Shown piece by piece: positions 1 through 8,806 of a stretch of DNA of 48,293 nucleotides (the stretch's first letter is position 1; each line of letters opens with the position of its first letter). The DNA is from a virus (Duplodnaviria > Caudoviricetes), in the IMG/VR virus record IMGVR_UViG_3300034965_000025, positions 1 through 48,293 of that record. The stretch is one strand, 5' to 3'. The notes under the pieces were generated by a model that searched no databases, had not been told where the DNA came from, and was given only the letters and a program-made list of their open reading frames with translations. Position numbers and translations under genes: made by a program.

Positions 1-178
1 AGTTGGGTATTGATCGATGACAGACGCTCGGCAGCCAGGCCGGAGGCATCGGCAAATGCAGCCTCGGCAGCCTCAGCGGCCAGCGCATAGGCGGCCTTAA
101 TTTCCGACATGCCAGACCGTATCAGCGACGGCCAGCGCCTGCAGGCTGCGGTGTAGGATTTGTAGTATTCGGTGGATG

Positions 179-1561
179 TCATAACCCGGATTGGCCTTCG
201 GCATCAAGTATGTCCAGATACGGGGCATCTTTAAATGCCTTAAACTTGGCCGCATCCTGCCTCAACGCCCGGAACTCATCATAGGCCTCAATCGTGGCAG
301 CCGGATAAAACGCTTTCAACTGCGCATGAATTACCGGCCCCGGAACGCCGGCATCAGTCATCTTCTGGACGGCATCGGCCACCTTTTGGAATATGTCAGC
401 CTTGGTGGTTTCGCTCAAAGCGTCAAGCCTGTTCCATTCAACGCGGATATCGTTGGCCGGTGCCAGGATGTTGGCGCGGGCCTCGATTGCGGCGACCGCC
501 TGGAATACTGTCTGCCACTGGCGGGTATGCTGGCGTTGTTTTTTCCGGCAATAGGACATGAGCCGTTCCATCTGCTCTTCGCTGGATGCATGGTTCCCAG
601 TTGATACCAGCCCCCATGCAATCTCCGGGATACTGGAGCCTTGGACAATGGCATAAAACGCCATGTTCAGGTATTTCTCATATTCGGCCCCGGCACCCTG
701 GGGGAATACAAACGCTGTTTTCTCTTTCCCTGCCAAATTAATAATAAAATCCATGTTGTTTTTATCGACATCGATCAGGCTGGTAAACCCGTTATTCCGG
801 AGCCAATCGTTTACGTTTTCGGTTTCCTGGCTGACGAATGGCTGCATTTTTGCTAGGACCGTGGCCCATTGCAGTTTTACATCATGGTAGGTTTTCAGGT
901 CGGGTATAATTCGCTCAAGATCCGAATGGCCCCGGACCCGGCCAATATCTGGTTCATTGGCAAACGGTACCGGCATGATGCCAAGCGGGTTGCGCGATAC
1001 TGTAGCCACACCGTCGCGCTCATCACGTATCCGGTCGCGCGTCCAGGACCGATTGCGGTTGACGATCTTGGACGTGCCAAAGCTTGCTTGCACGGTTATC
1101 TGCTCGGTGCTGATTACCTCGGTTATCTCGCCAGTAGTGATATCGACAATAACGTCGGAAATCTTGTCATCGATGATCAATTCCAGGTCAGTCAGCCCGG
1201 TTGACAGGTTGAAAAAAGGCCAGACCCAGATAGTACCGTCGCCATGGCTGGATGCGTGGACGGCATCGAACTTAGTAATCGCTGACTCAACAAAATCAGT
1301 GAGGCGTTGCCGGACCTGTTCGCTTTCACAAACAGGAATCGGCACGCCCATGATGGCAATCGGGGTATGTATCGGCGCATAGGCCATGGCACCGGCCAGT
1401 TTGTATCCAGGGTACGTGTTATGGACCAGCCCCCGTGTCAACTCGCCATTGATCTTGATGTTTTCGGTCATATCGACCGCGAAAGGTGTTCGGCGGGTTG
1501 TCAGAACCGGATTTTCGGTATCCTGCGAAGCCTTGGTTTTTTTCCAGTCAAATATGCCCAT
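179..1561 (-). CDS. Portal protein (probable start MGIFDWKK at 1561)
   Basis: ~460 aa between TerL and MuF in gene order. NPLGIMPVPFAN...GHSDLE motif is typical of SPP1/A118-like portals. Confidence 0.8.
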   Translation of the reverse strand: MGIFDWKKTKASQDTENPVLTTRRTPFAVDMTENIKINGELTRGLVHNTYPGYKLAGAMAYAPIHTPIAIMGVPIPVCESEQVRQRLTDFVESAITKFDAVHASSHGDGTIWVWPFFNLSTGLTDLELIIDDKISDVIVDITTGEITEVISTEQITVQASFGTSKIVNRNRSWTRDRIRDERDGVATVSRNPLGIMPVPFANEPDIGRVRGHSDLERIIPDLKTYHDVKLQWATVLAKMQPFVSQETENVNDWLRNNGFTSLIDVDKNNMDFIINLAGKEKTAFVFPQGAGAEYEKYLNMAFYAIVQGSSIPEIAWGLVSTGNHASSEEQMERLMSYCRKKQRQHTRQWQTVFQAVAAIEARANILAPANDIRVEWNRLDALSETTKADIFQKVADAVQKMTDAGVPGPVIHAQLKAFYPAATIEAYDEFRALRQDAAKFKAFKDAPYLDILDAEGQSGL

Positions 1562-1569
1562 GGGCAAGG

Positions 1570-1598
1570 ATTATATCATTGCGGGGTTTAGGTGTAAA
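1570..1598 (-). promoter_or_regulatory. Sigma70-type promoter for the portal (near-leaderless)
   Basis: TTTACA-17-TATAAT, 8 nt upstream of ATG 1561, with no SD. Confidence 0.7.
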
Positions 1599-1611
1599 CC
1601 ATAGCCTGATG

Positions 1612-1640
1612 TTGACATATTACGCATTATGTGATAATAT
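1612..1640 (+). promoter_or_regulatory. Plus-strand promoter, TTGACR-N5-CGCA class
   Basis: TTGACA tatta CGCA ttatgtga TAATAT. Confidence 0.7.
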
Positions 1641-1657
1641 TGTGGCAAGGAAAATCT

Positions 1658-1978
1658 ATGAACAGTTTGAACAGTGTCTTGCTTGAAGGAAATCTGGTGG
1701 CAAATCCCGAGGAAATCAGAAACGGTGTTTGCGGTTTTACCTTTGAATCTTTCCGGTACAACAAGGTTGACGGTGATCGCGTATATGAAAAAGAAGTTTC
1801 GCGCTTCGACGTTGAGGTTTCCGGCGATCTTGGCAAGCGCTGCTATGATGAACTCGTCAAAGGTCGTGGAGTCCGGGTAGTTGGACGGTTGAAGCAAACC
1901 AGCGAAGGCGTCAGGATCATCGCTGAACACGTGGAATTCAAGCCGGTATTTGATACTGGTATAAAATCGGAGGAATAA
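1658..1978 (+). CDS. ssb: Short single-stranded DNA-binding protein (spirochaete-type SSB paralogue)
   Basis: OB-fold motifs LNSVLLEGNL..P and KGRGVRVVGRLKQ...IAEHVEF. No acidic DDIPF tail. Confidence 0.85.
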   Translation: MNSLNSVLLEGNLVANPEEIRNGVCGFTFESFRYNKVDGDRVYEKEVSRFDVEVSGDLGKRCYDELVKGRGVRVVGRLKQTSEGVRIIAEHVEFKPVFDTGIKSEE

Positions 1979-2316
1979 TGAACATCAACGAATTGACCAT
2001 CGGAGAATTCAAGCAGCTTACAGCCATGATTGGCGGCAATGTCACCAGCGAAAACCCGTTTGTCGAGTATCTTGGGAAAAACGTGTTTATCCGGTCGGTA
2101 ACCCACCACTATACCGGACGTGTTGCCAAATTGGTTGGCAATGTGTCTTGCATCTTGGATGATGCGGCATGGATAGCTGACGATGGCCGGTTTTCTGACA
2201 ACCTGAAATCATGCCAGTTTGATGAGGTTGAGCCGTATGAAAACCCGGTGCAAATCAACTACGGGGCCGTCATAGATATGACTGAAATAAAAACCCTGCC
2301 AAGGTCTCAAAAATGA
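1978..2316 (+). CDS. Conserved phage hypothetical protein (small beta-barrel-like; IRSVTHHYTGR...DAAWIADDGRF)
   Basis: SD GGAGG, coupled to ssb. Motif pattern recalled from phage proteins that precede low-complexity repeat peptides. Confidence 0.7.
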   Translation: MNINELTIGEFKQLTAMIGGNVTSENPFVEYLGKNVFIRSVTHHYTGRVAKLVGNVSCILDDAAWIADDGRFSDNLKSCQFDEVEPYENPVQINYGAVIDMTEIKTLPRSQK

Positions 2317-2423
2317 TTGCGGCAATTTTACGTACTGGTTTTGAGTTTAGCAGGAGCTGGAGCAGGAGCAGGGGCTGGAGCAGGAGCGGGAGCAGGAGCT
2401 GGAGCAGGAGCTGGAGCGGGTAA
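2313..2423 (+). CDS. 36-aa Ser/Arg/Trp repeat micropeptide MIAAILRTGFEFSRSWSRSRGWSRSGSRSWSRSWSG
   Basis: ATGA overlap with the upstream stop. AGC-NGG hexamer repeat, ending at TAA 2421-2423. Too short for the ORF track. Confidence 0.7.
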   Translation: MIAAILRTGFEFSRSWSRSRGWSRSGSRSWSRSWSG

Positions 2424-2427
2424 CTGC

Positions 2428-3981
2428 TCACCGCCTCCGTGAAGCCATCGCCGCCCGTTGCTCGTCTGTCATGATTGAGGATGAGCCTCCCATGAGGTAA
2501 ATATACCCGGCGCTCATGTTGTCCACCTGGTCATCATGAGCGTTTCCCAATCCATCAAAAACCATTAGCTCAGAAATCCAGTCATTGTTCCAGTCGGCAC
2601 GCCGGACATGCACATGGCCGTAGGCCGCAAATATTGGTTCCAATGGAGTGGCCCTGGTTCCCTTGTCGCCTTTGCCAGCAAGGTTAATTGCATTCCAGCT
2701 GATATCAGGCATCGACTTGCGCAAGTATTCGCAAGCGTCTTTTGAGTCCTGGCTTACTTCGACACCTTGCCTAACATAGGCGCTGTCTGCCATGGCAATG
2801 GCTTTGATTTTTTCGTCTCGAACCGCTGCCCCGTCCCTTGCCCTAAATACATTGTCAATCCAGAGGTGCGGAACCGGATCTCCTGGCAGCACTTCTATTG
2901 CCAGCTTCGTCCCGCTTGTCCAGTCCGGATCATCACCGGCCCTGGCCTTGGCAGTGTGGGCCAAGTCCCATACCCTGATCCAGTTTTTATCAGCTTTGTG
3001 ATCATAGTAATCAATGCCGTCCAGCTTAAACCGTCCGCCAGTCCGTAACATCGGGTTACAGTCAAAAAGCGATGATGCCGAATATGGCCCCAGTGTTGCA
3101 TATTGCGTTCGATACCATGATTCGGGATAGCGCTCTGTAAAAAGATACTCGCCGGTATATTCGCCTTCCCCGGTATAATCGGCGGCACGCGCCGGGAAAC
3201 TCATAACTTCAAATTGCGGAAAATTTTCATTGATCGCTGATTCTTTTTTAATCCGCCCGTTTATGTCGTCAATATGCCACTGGGTAGCCAATACCACGAC
3301 GATGGCAACAGGAGCCGCGCGGGTCATGAAATCATTGGCGAATGCATCCCAAGCGTTATCACGCTGGATCTTGCTTTCAGCTTCGGCCCGCCCCGCGAAA
3401 TAATCGTCCAGAATTCCCAGGTGGAATCCGTTGCCAGTTAGTCCTGACTGTAGCCCGGCGGCATAGAGCTTGCCACCGGTCGGATTATCTTTTTTATCGG
3501 CAATTGTCCAGTTGGCTTTCTGGTTTGTTTCGCTTGATAGTTCAACATCCGGATAAAGATCACGGAATTTTTTTGATCTGACAACATTACGGCCAAATGA
3601 CGAAAAGCTGGCAGCAAGAGTTGCCTGGTAGGTGACCTGCATGACTTCTTTGTCGGGGAACTCGCCAAGAAAGTGTGGCCCAAGGTATCGGCTAACAATT
3701 TCACTTTTTCCGGCCCTTGGGTGAACTGAAATCAGCAAGTAAGTAGAAATCCCTTTCCTGAAATCTTCCATTGCCCTATCAATTCTTAAGCATATTTTCT
3801 TGGTGTGGAATCCAACGATTAAAGGATCTTTGTCGCCCTTTATCCATGCATATTGCATAAACTCAAGATGACTTTTTCTTGCCAAGCGCTGTTTTTTGAT
3901 TTCCATCAAGGCGTCTGCTTCAATCAGTACCTCGATGGCCTTCCTATCTTTTTTTGTCAATTTCGTCTCTAAGCTCAGCAA
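2428..3981 (-). CDS. terL: Terminase large subunit
   Basis: Walker A HPRAGKS, Walker B GILDD, ATQWH coupling motif, RNase H-like WDLA and HDDQVD. Confidence 0.95.
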   Translation of the reverse strand: MLSLETKLTKKDRKAIEVLIEADALMEIKKQRLARKSHLEFMQYAWIKGDKDPLIVGFHTKKICLRIDRAMEDFRKGISTYLLISVHPRAGKSEIVSRYLGPHFLGEFPDKEVMQVTYQATLAASFSSFGRNVVRSKKFRDLYPDVELSSETNQKANWTIADKKDNPTGGKLYAAGLQSGLTGNGFHLGILDDYFAGRAEAESKIQRDNAWDAFANDFMTRAAPVAIVVVLATQWHIDDINGRIKKESAINENFPQFEVMSFPARAADYTGEGEYTGEYLFTERYPESWYRTQYATLGPYSASSLFDCNPMLRTGGRFKLDGIDYYDHKADKNWIRVWDLAHTAKARAGDDPDWTSGTKLAIEVLPGDPVPHLWIDNVFRARDGAAVRDEKIKAIAMADSAYVRQGVEVSQDSKDACEYLRKSMPDISWNAINLAGKGDKGTRATPLEPIFAAYGHVHVRRADWNNDWISELMVFDGLGNAHDDQVDNMSAGYIYLMGGSSSIMTDEQRAAMASRRR

Positions 3982-4420
3982 GGCGCTTGTCTATTTCTTC
4001 GTCGGTCATCACGGAATATTTGTTTGTTATTTCAACCACTGGGCATTGTTCTGTAAATACTCCAGCATACTTGCCAAGCATTTCCAGCGCCTTCAATCGG
4101 TCACGGTCTGCGGACTTGTAGTCGGTGATTGATTCACCTTTTTCGTCAACGGTTTCTTTTGTCTTTTCGGCTATTTCTTTTGTCAGTGAAAGCACCTGTT
4201 TTTTAAGGCGGTTCCGGCTTGTCCCAAGGGATTCATCAATTAGCCGGTCAATCTCGGCGTTTATCTTAGCAATTATAAGCAAGCGCGAAGCTGACACAGC
4301 AGCGCCTTTTTCAGCGTACCCGGCGGCAATAGCTGCGCGAGTACCGTTGAAATCAATTGCATACTCCCGACAAAATGCGGCCTGGAGTCCAGTTAGCTTG
4401 TCGGAATTTCTTTCACCCAT
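3944..4420 (-). CDS. terS: Terminase small subunit
   Basis: LT..Q..FC.EY..DFNGTRAAIAAGY...ASRLL HTH and KALEMLGKY motif, directly upstream of terL. Confidence 0.93.
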   Translation of the reverse strand: MGERNSDKLTGLQAAFCREYAIDFNGTRAAIAAGYAEKGAAVSASRLLIIAKINAEIDRLIDESLGTSRNRLKKQVLSLTKEIAEKTKETVDEKGESITDYKSADRDRLKALEMLGKYAGVFTEQCPVVEITNKYSVMTDEEIDKRLAELRDEIDKKR

Positions 4421-4426
4421 TCCAAA

Positions 4427-4455
4427 ACTCTGCCATAGAATGCGTCAATTGTCAA
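4427..4455 (-). promoter_or_regulatory. Leaderless promoter for terS (CGCA class, weak -10)
   Basis: TTGACA attga CGCA ttctatgg CAGAGT, then 6 nt to the ATG. Confidence 0.55.
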
Positions 4456-4459
4456 CTGA

Positions 4460-4830
4460 TAGCCTGTTATGTATATTTATACAGAATTATTGTATTATTA
4501 TGTAGAAACTTACCGTAATTACCGTTTATTACTTTTTAATTACCAATATCACTACATTTAACTCTTTGATATATAAAGAATAAGCTATTTTTATACACTA
4601 TAGTATACTCTTTTCTTTCTACTTTATAGAGTATAAATAGGTAACACATGAATAGATATATAACACACGATATAACATATATACACACACGCTATAGGAG
4701 GTTGGGCATTAAAAAAATTACTTGTTTTAGTTACTATGTATAACGTTGTTAACGTAAATATATAGACCGTAAAGAATTAATAGTAACAGACGTTAGACAA
4801 AAAACGGTAAAAATAGGTTAAACAAGTAAT
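4460..4830. other. AT-rich non-coding region, candidate replication origin and/or pac region
   Basis: Very AT-rich, with repeated GTAA(C)/TTAC words and ATATAACA(C) repeats. Lies between divergent terS and primase. Confidence 0.5.
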
Positions 4831-4832
4831 GT

Positions 4833-4861
4833 TTGACATCGTTTTGCACCTATGCTACACT
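4833..4861 (+). promoter_or_regulatory. Promoter for the primase operon
   Basis: TTGACA-17-TACACT with TG extension. Confidence 0.7.
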
Positions 4862-4867
4862 GTTTTT

Positions 4868-4966
4868 GTTGAGGTCTAACTCCCCTCGGCACCTTAGAAA
4901 AATTATTTTGGCTGGTTGATTGTGATGGAGTTACCCGCAAGGGGTCGCAATTGGCCGGCCATTTTT
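4868..4966 (+). ncRNA. Structured 5' leader (two hairpins with loop-loop complementarity, followed by a U-tract)
   Basis: GTTGAGG/CCTCGGC stem with loop TAACTCC. Long GU-rich stem 4909-4961 carries GGAGTTA and is followed by TTTTT. Confidence 0.5.
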
Positions 4967-4978
4967 ATTGGCGGTCAA

Positions 4979-5122
4979 ATGAGCAGAAGCAAGAAAAAGT
5001 GGGAGAGGCGATACAAGTCAGACTATAAAAAGCTTGAATTGTACTTGTCACCAGAAAAAATTGAAAAGCTAAAACTGAAAGAAGCTCACCTATTGGACAG
5101 GCCAGATGAAAATATCAAGTAA
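4979..5122 (+). CDS. Small basic protein (47 aa), possibly DNA-binding
   Basis: MSRSKKKWERRYK..., overlapping the primase start. Confidence 0.45.
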   Translation: MSRSKKKWERRYKSDYKKLELYLSPEKIEKLKLKEAHLLDRPDENIK

Positions 5123-7466
5123 CGGACAGTACCAGCGGGCTAACATTGCCCATGGGTTCGACGATAGAGAATTTTCAACAGTTGAAGATCTGAAATTTAT
5201 TGCGTGTTATGACTGGTCGCCATCGCTTTTTTTGCCTTTGACAGAGGAATCTACCACTTGGATTGATAATGAGGCCAAGAAGGGTACCGACAGCTACAAG
5301 AACCTTGCGCCAGCGCTTGGAAGTCGGTACCGTAATTCCACTCATTGGAAATGTTCGGAGTTCCTTTTTGGCGATATAGACAACGCTGACAAGGACAGCA
5401 AATGTACGCTTGAGCAGTTCCGGGAAATATTCGACAAGTACGAATACTGGATAATTACCAGCCGCAGCCATCAGAAACAAAAAAAGAAGGAAGGACCAAG
5501 AGACCGATACCATGTAATATTTCCACAAGGTGAGATTTGCAAGGATCGTGAAAAACTCAATTACGACATGGCGTGTTTGGTTGAGGAATTCCCGTTCATA
5601 GACAATAACGCAAAGAATGCAGAGCGGTTTTTCTTTGGCTGCGCGGACCCGATAGTTGAGCACCATGAAGGCGAATTCTTGCGGCCAAAACCAAAAGTTG
5701 AGCCGATCAGGATCGAGAAAAAAATAGTTCTGGCTCACGATCATTACCAAGGAAACGACAAAAAAACACTGATAATGTCGGCGCTGACAAAAGCATATAG
5801 CCAGGGTGTTTTTGATGAATATGCGGAATGGGTTCGCGTTGGCATGGCTTTGAAGGCCGGTGGTTATTCCCTGGGTGATTGGCTGAATGTAACCCATGCG
5901 CACACACCACGGCACCTATCAGACAGCAAGTGGCAATCATTCGACCCGAAACGAATCACGGAGGCAACGCTACTGCATTTTGCCCGCATTGTTGAGCCTG
6001 ATTTGTTTGTTCGCCGCCAGGCGATAGCCGGACCGGTAGCAGCTGCCAAGGAAATAATTATCCCGGTCAAGGGAGCCACCAACCTGGACGAAACCCCTTC
6101 TCAGGAAATGATAGAGGCAATCAAGGAAATTATTTTCCGTGATACAGGCGAACTCGATAAAGACGGTAACCCAAAACCACTTGCACTGGTATCCGACTGG
6201 TATTACCGGATAATCGAACTGGATCCGGTAATCAAGAACTGCATTAAATGGGATTATACCACCGGTGGAGTTGTCACCAATTACCCAAATAGCGACATGC
6301 TCTGCGACGCGATAATTAAGCGCCTGCAAAACTATATTCTGGTTCCATCGATTACCGACCTGGCAGTTCAACGAATAAAAAACCGGGTTAGCAGTGAGAA
6401 CCGGACATACAACAATGTTTTGACTTATATCGATACGATAATAGCAGAGCATGGCGACGCCGGGCCAAGCGTGCTTGATCAGGTGCTGGCTATGATGGAT
6501 TTCGACGTACCAGACTGGGACAGCGTACCATTGCAGCACGTCAAAGACCAATACCGGGAAATACTGGACAAGTTTTTCTTGCGGATGCATTGCCACCTGG
6601 AGGGAACAAGGCTACGGGATGACGGTTTGTCATATTGCCACTTGATGGAAAACGATATTGTGCCGGTCCTCCAAGGTGGGCAGAACAAAGGGAAGACTAC
6701 GCTATGCCGGTGGCTGGCAGGAAGCCCGGATTTTTATGTAGAGCTTGGGTCTGGTTCGGCTAACAAGTTTGGTACAGCCGACACGGTTCGGAAGGTTCGC
6801 GGAATGATTCTGGCAGAATTGGGCGAAATGAAGATCATGAAGACCGACGAAGACGTAGAAACAATCAAGAGCTTCATCAGCCAAAAAGTCTACGCACACG
6901 AACAGAAATACCAGGAATTTAGCAAACCAATACCGGCAACGGTATCGTATATCGGCACATCAAACATGAAGGAATTCCTTTCTGACACTACGGGTAACCG
7001 GCGTTTTTATCCGATTGCCATTAAAGACATAAACTTGAACGCGATATTGAGTAACAAGAAATTGCCAGAAAAGCTACACGCTCATTATGCGCTGCGAGCC
7101 AGGGGGATACCAACTGACGAAAGGTTTCAGGCGTGCATGATGGACAGCCTTGTCGGTGGGTTTATGGAAAAAGAGCGGGAAACATCGATGATCAGGCACA
7201 GCGATTATGGCGCGATTGTTGAAATAGTGGCAGCTGATTTTGAAAGTAAAAAGGGAGAGGCCAACGCCAGAAACCGCTACCATACGGTAACGCCACACTG
7301 GATTGATAGGCAATTGAAAGTCGGAGACTACAGCACGCGGCCAGCGAACAAAAACAGCGTCGCGCAAGCTATGCAGTACATGGGATACACCAAGGGTCTG
7401 GTCAGTATCAACGCGCAAAAGGTGCCCGGATGGAAGAAGTTATACGATGATAATAGCAAAGAATAA
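5106..7466 (+). CDS. Primase-helicase: primase-like N-terminus, PriCT-2 and VirE/VapE-type P-loop helicase
   Basis: DID..., TSRSH and RYHVIFP primase motifs; YAEWVRVGMALK...KWQSF (PriCT-2); GGQNKGKTT Walker A; GTSN..EFLSDTTGNRRF (VirE). Confidence 0.9.
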   Translation: MKISSNGQYQRANIAHGFDDREFSTVEDLKFIACYDWSPSLFLPLTEESTTWIDNEAKKGTDSYKNLAPALGSRYRNSTHWKCSEFLFGDIDNADKDSKCTLEQFREIFDKYEYWIITSRSHQKQKKKEGPRDRYHVIFPQGEICKDREKLNYDMACLVEEFPFIDNNAKNAERFFFGCADPIVEHHEGEFLRPKPKVEPIRIEKKIVLAHDHYQGNDKKTLIMSALTKAYSQGVFDEYAEWVRVGMALKAGGYSLGDWLNVTHAHTPRHLSDSKWQSFDPKRITEATLLHFARIVEPDLFVRRQAIAGPVAAAKEIIIPVKGATNLDETPSQEMIEAIKEIIFRDTGELDKDGNPKPLALVSDWYYRIIELDPVIKNCIKWDYTTGGVVTNYPNSDMLCDAIIKRLQNYILVPSITDLAVQRIKNRVSSENRTYNNVLTYIDTIIAEHGDAGPSVLDQVLAMMDFDVPDWDSVPLQHVKDQYREILDKFFLRMHCHLEGTRLRDDGLSYCHLMENDIVPVLQGGQNKGKTTLCRWLAGSPDFYVELGSGSANKFGTADTVRKVRGMILAELGEMKIMKTDEDVETIKSFISQKVYAHEQKYQEFSKPIPATVSYIGTSNMKEFLSDTTGNRRFYPIAIKDINLNAILSNKKLPEKLHAHYALRARGIPTDERFQACMMDSLVGGFMEKERETSMIRHSDYGAIVEIVAADFESKKGEANARNRYHTVTPHWIDRQLKVGDYSTRPANKNSVAQAMQYMGYTKGLVSINAQKVPGWKKLYDDNSKE

Positions 7467-8124
7467 TATTATCGCATGGAATGCGTTAAAGTCTGATGGA
7501 CCGTTTTACTGCCCGGAATGCAATGAGGTGGTGATACTCAAGGCTGGGGAAAAGAAAATACACCATTTTGCGCATAAGGCAGAATCAGAATGTCAGTATC
7601 GAACTAATGAATCGATAGAACACTTGACAGCAAAGAAGGCTATTTACGAATATTTAATCAGACAGCCTAACTGTACTAAGTGCGAAATGGAAAGACCGTT
7701 AGGAAGCGTTAGGCCTGATATTAGCCTATATATCGACGGTAAACCGGTAGTTATAGAAATACAAAACAGCGATATATCAATAGAAACAATTGACAAGCGC
7801 ATGAAAGAATACAGTAAAAGAAAAATACACGTAATATGGGTATTAACAAAATATTTAAAAGAAGATGAACAGGGAATAATAAGAGTACCAACATGGATTC
7901 AGCATATAAATAATATTTACAGGAAACTATATTTTTGTGACGGACACAATATAATGGTTGGATTTTTGTATGATGTCCAGTTGTATAAAGAAGAATTTGA
8001 TGGCCATGGCGGCTATTATTACACGGCTAAGCAGCTAAAAGAAATTTCATGGATGGAAGAGTATTTGTATCTCGACAAAGACTTCAAGCCGTATAAATGG
8101 AATGGGTTATATATTTATTTATGA
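7447..8124 (+). CDS. CoiA-like PD-(D/E)XK nuclease
   Basis: CPEC...HFAH...ES.EH..AK and RPDI...IEIQ motifs. Lower GC than its neighbours. Confidence 0.8.
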   Translation: MIIAKNNIIAWNALKSDGPFYCPECNEVVILKAGEKKIHHFAHKAESECQYRTNESIEHLTAKKAIYEYLIRQPNCTKCEMERPLGSVRPDISLYIDGKPVVIEIQNSDISIETIDKRMKEYSKRKIHVIWVLTKYLKEDEQGIIRVPTWIQHINNIYRKLYFCDGHNIMVGFLYDVQLYKEEFDGHGGYYYTAKQLKEISWMEEYLYLDKDFKPYKWNGLYIYL

Positions 8125-8408
8125 TGGTGAAAACGAATATAAAGACGCCCTGCCGTTCTGAGGAAATTATAGCCATCACCAGCCGCTGGTTAAAAGTATG
8201 CGAACGCCGGGAGCAGGTTATTACGCCACTGTGGCACCTGTATTGGATGGCCTGCGGGTTCTGGCCTACGGATGAGCAGCGGGTGGCGATTACCGAATGG
8301 GCGGGAAAGCTGGATATGGGGAAGCCGGAGGCGGTGGCGGTTTGTGAGTATATTCTCTTGACATTATCCGCACAATCTGGTATTGTCAATGAAGTAGATA
8401 TTTTTTAA
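8121..8408 (+). CDS. Hypothetical protein
   Basis: ORF coupled to the CoiA-like stop (ATGA). Confidence 0.45.
   Translation: MMVKTNIKTPCRSEEIIAITSRWLKVCERREQVITPLWHLYWMACGFWPTDEQRVAITEWAGKLDMGKPEAVAVCEYILLTLSAQSGIVNEVDIF
8358..8386 (+). promoter_or_regulatory. Plus-strand promoter, CGCA class
   Basis: TTGACA ttatc CGCA caatctgg TATTGT. Confidence 0.65.
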
Positions 8409-8419
8409 TAGGATAAAAC

Positions 8420-8806
8420 ATGGGCAAGCAAATTTATCACCATTACTCAAAATGGGAGGATTATAACGCTGGAATGTGGCGTAAGGTTAGCAAAAAACAG
8501 TCAATGGGATTTCTTGATGATGCCATTCGGTTTACTGGTGATCATGTTCTCTATGGCGAGTGGATGCTTAAGGTTATTGATCAATGGCCTAACGCGTGTG
8601 AACAAAATCTATCAGATATCGACCAAAACAGAAAAGCCTGGATCGGGCATGCGGCATGTTGCCTGCATCTTGGCTGCCCGGAATCGGTAACGAGAATGGC
8701 ATGGGCATATTTGACAAAACAGCAGCAAGATGATGCAAATAAATCGGCCGAAATCGCCATAAAAAAATGGGAAGAAAAAACAAAGTTCAGGGAAACAAAT
8801 GCCTAA
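8420..8806 (+). CDS. Hypothetical protein associated with the IbrA/IbrB-like pair
   Basis: YHHY..WE...GMW...WP..CE.NL...NR.AW.GHAACC. First gene of the operon. Confidence 0.65.
   Translation: MGKQIYHHYSKWEDYNAGMWRKVSKKQSMGFLDDAIRFTGDHVLYGEWMLKVIDQWPNACEQNLSDIDQNRKAWIGHAACCLHLGCPESVTRMAWAYLTKQQQDDANKSAEIAIKKWEEKTKFRETNA

Larger units (their letters stand above)
1..1778. repeat. Terminal direct repeat, left copy (terminal redundancy or circular assembly overlap)
   Basis: Matches 46516-48293 (offset 46515). Differences seen at 67/46582 (G/A) and 1652/48167 (A/G). Confidence 0.97.

Noticed and set aside
2349-2420. CRISPR array or DGR-like repeat
   Set aside because: It is a 6-nt microsatellite-like coding repeat with no spacers. 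No cas or reverse transcriptase gene is present in the genome.
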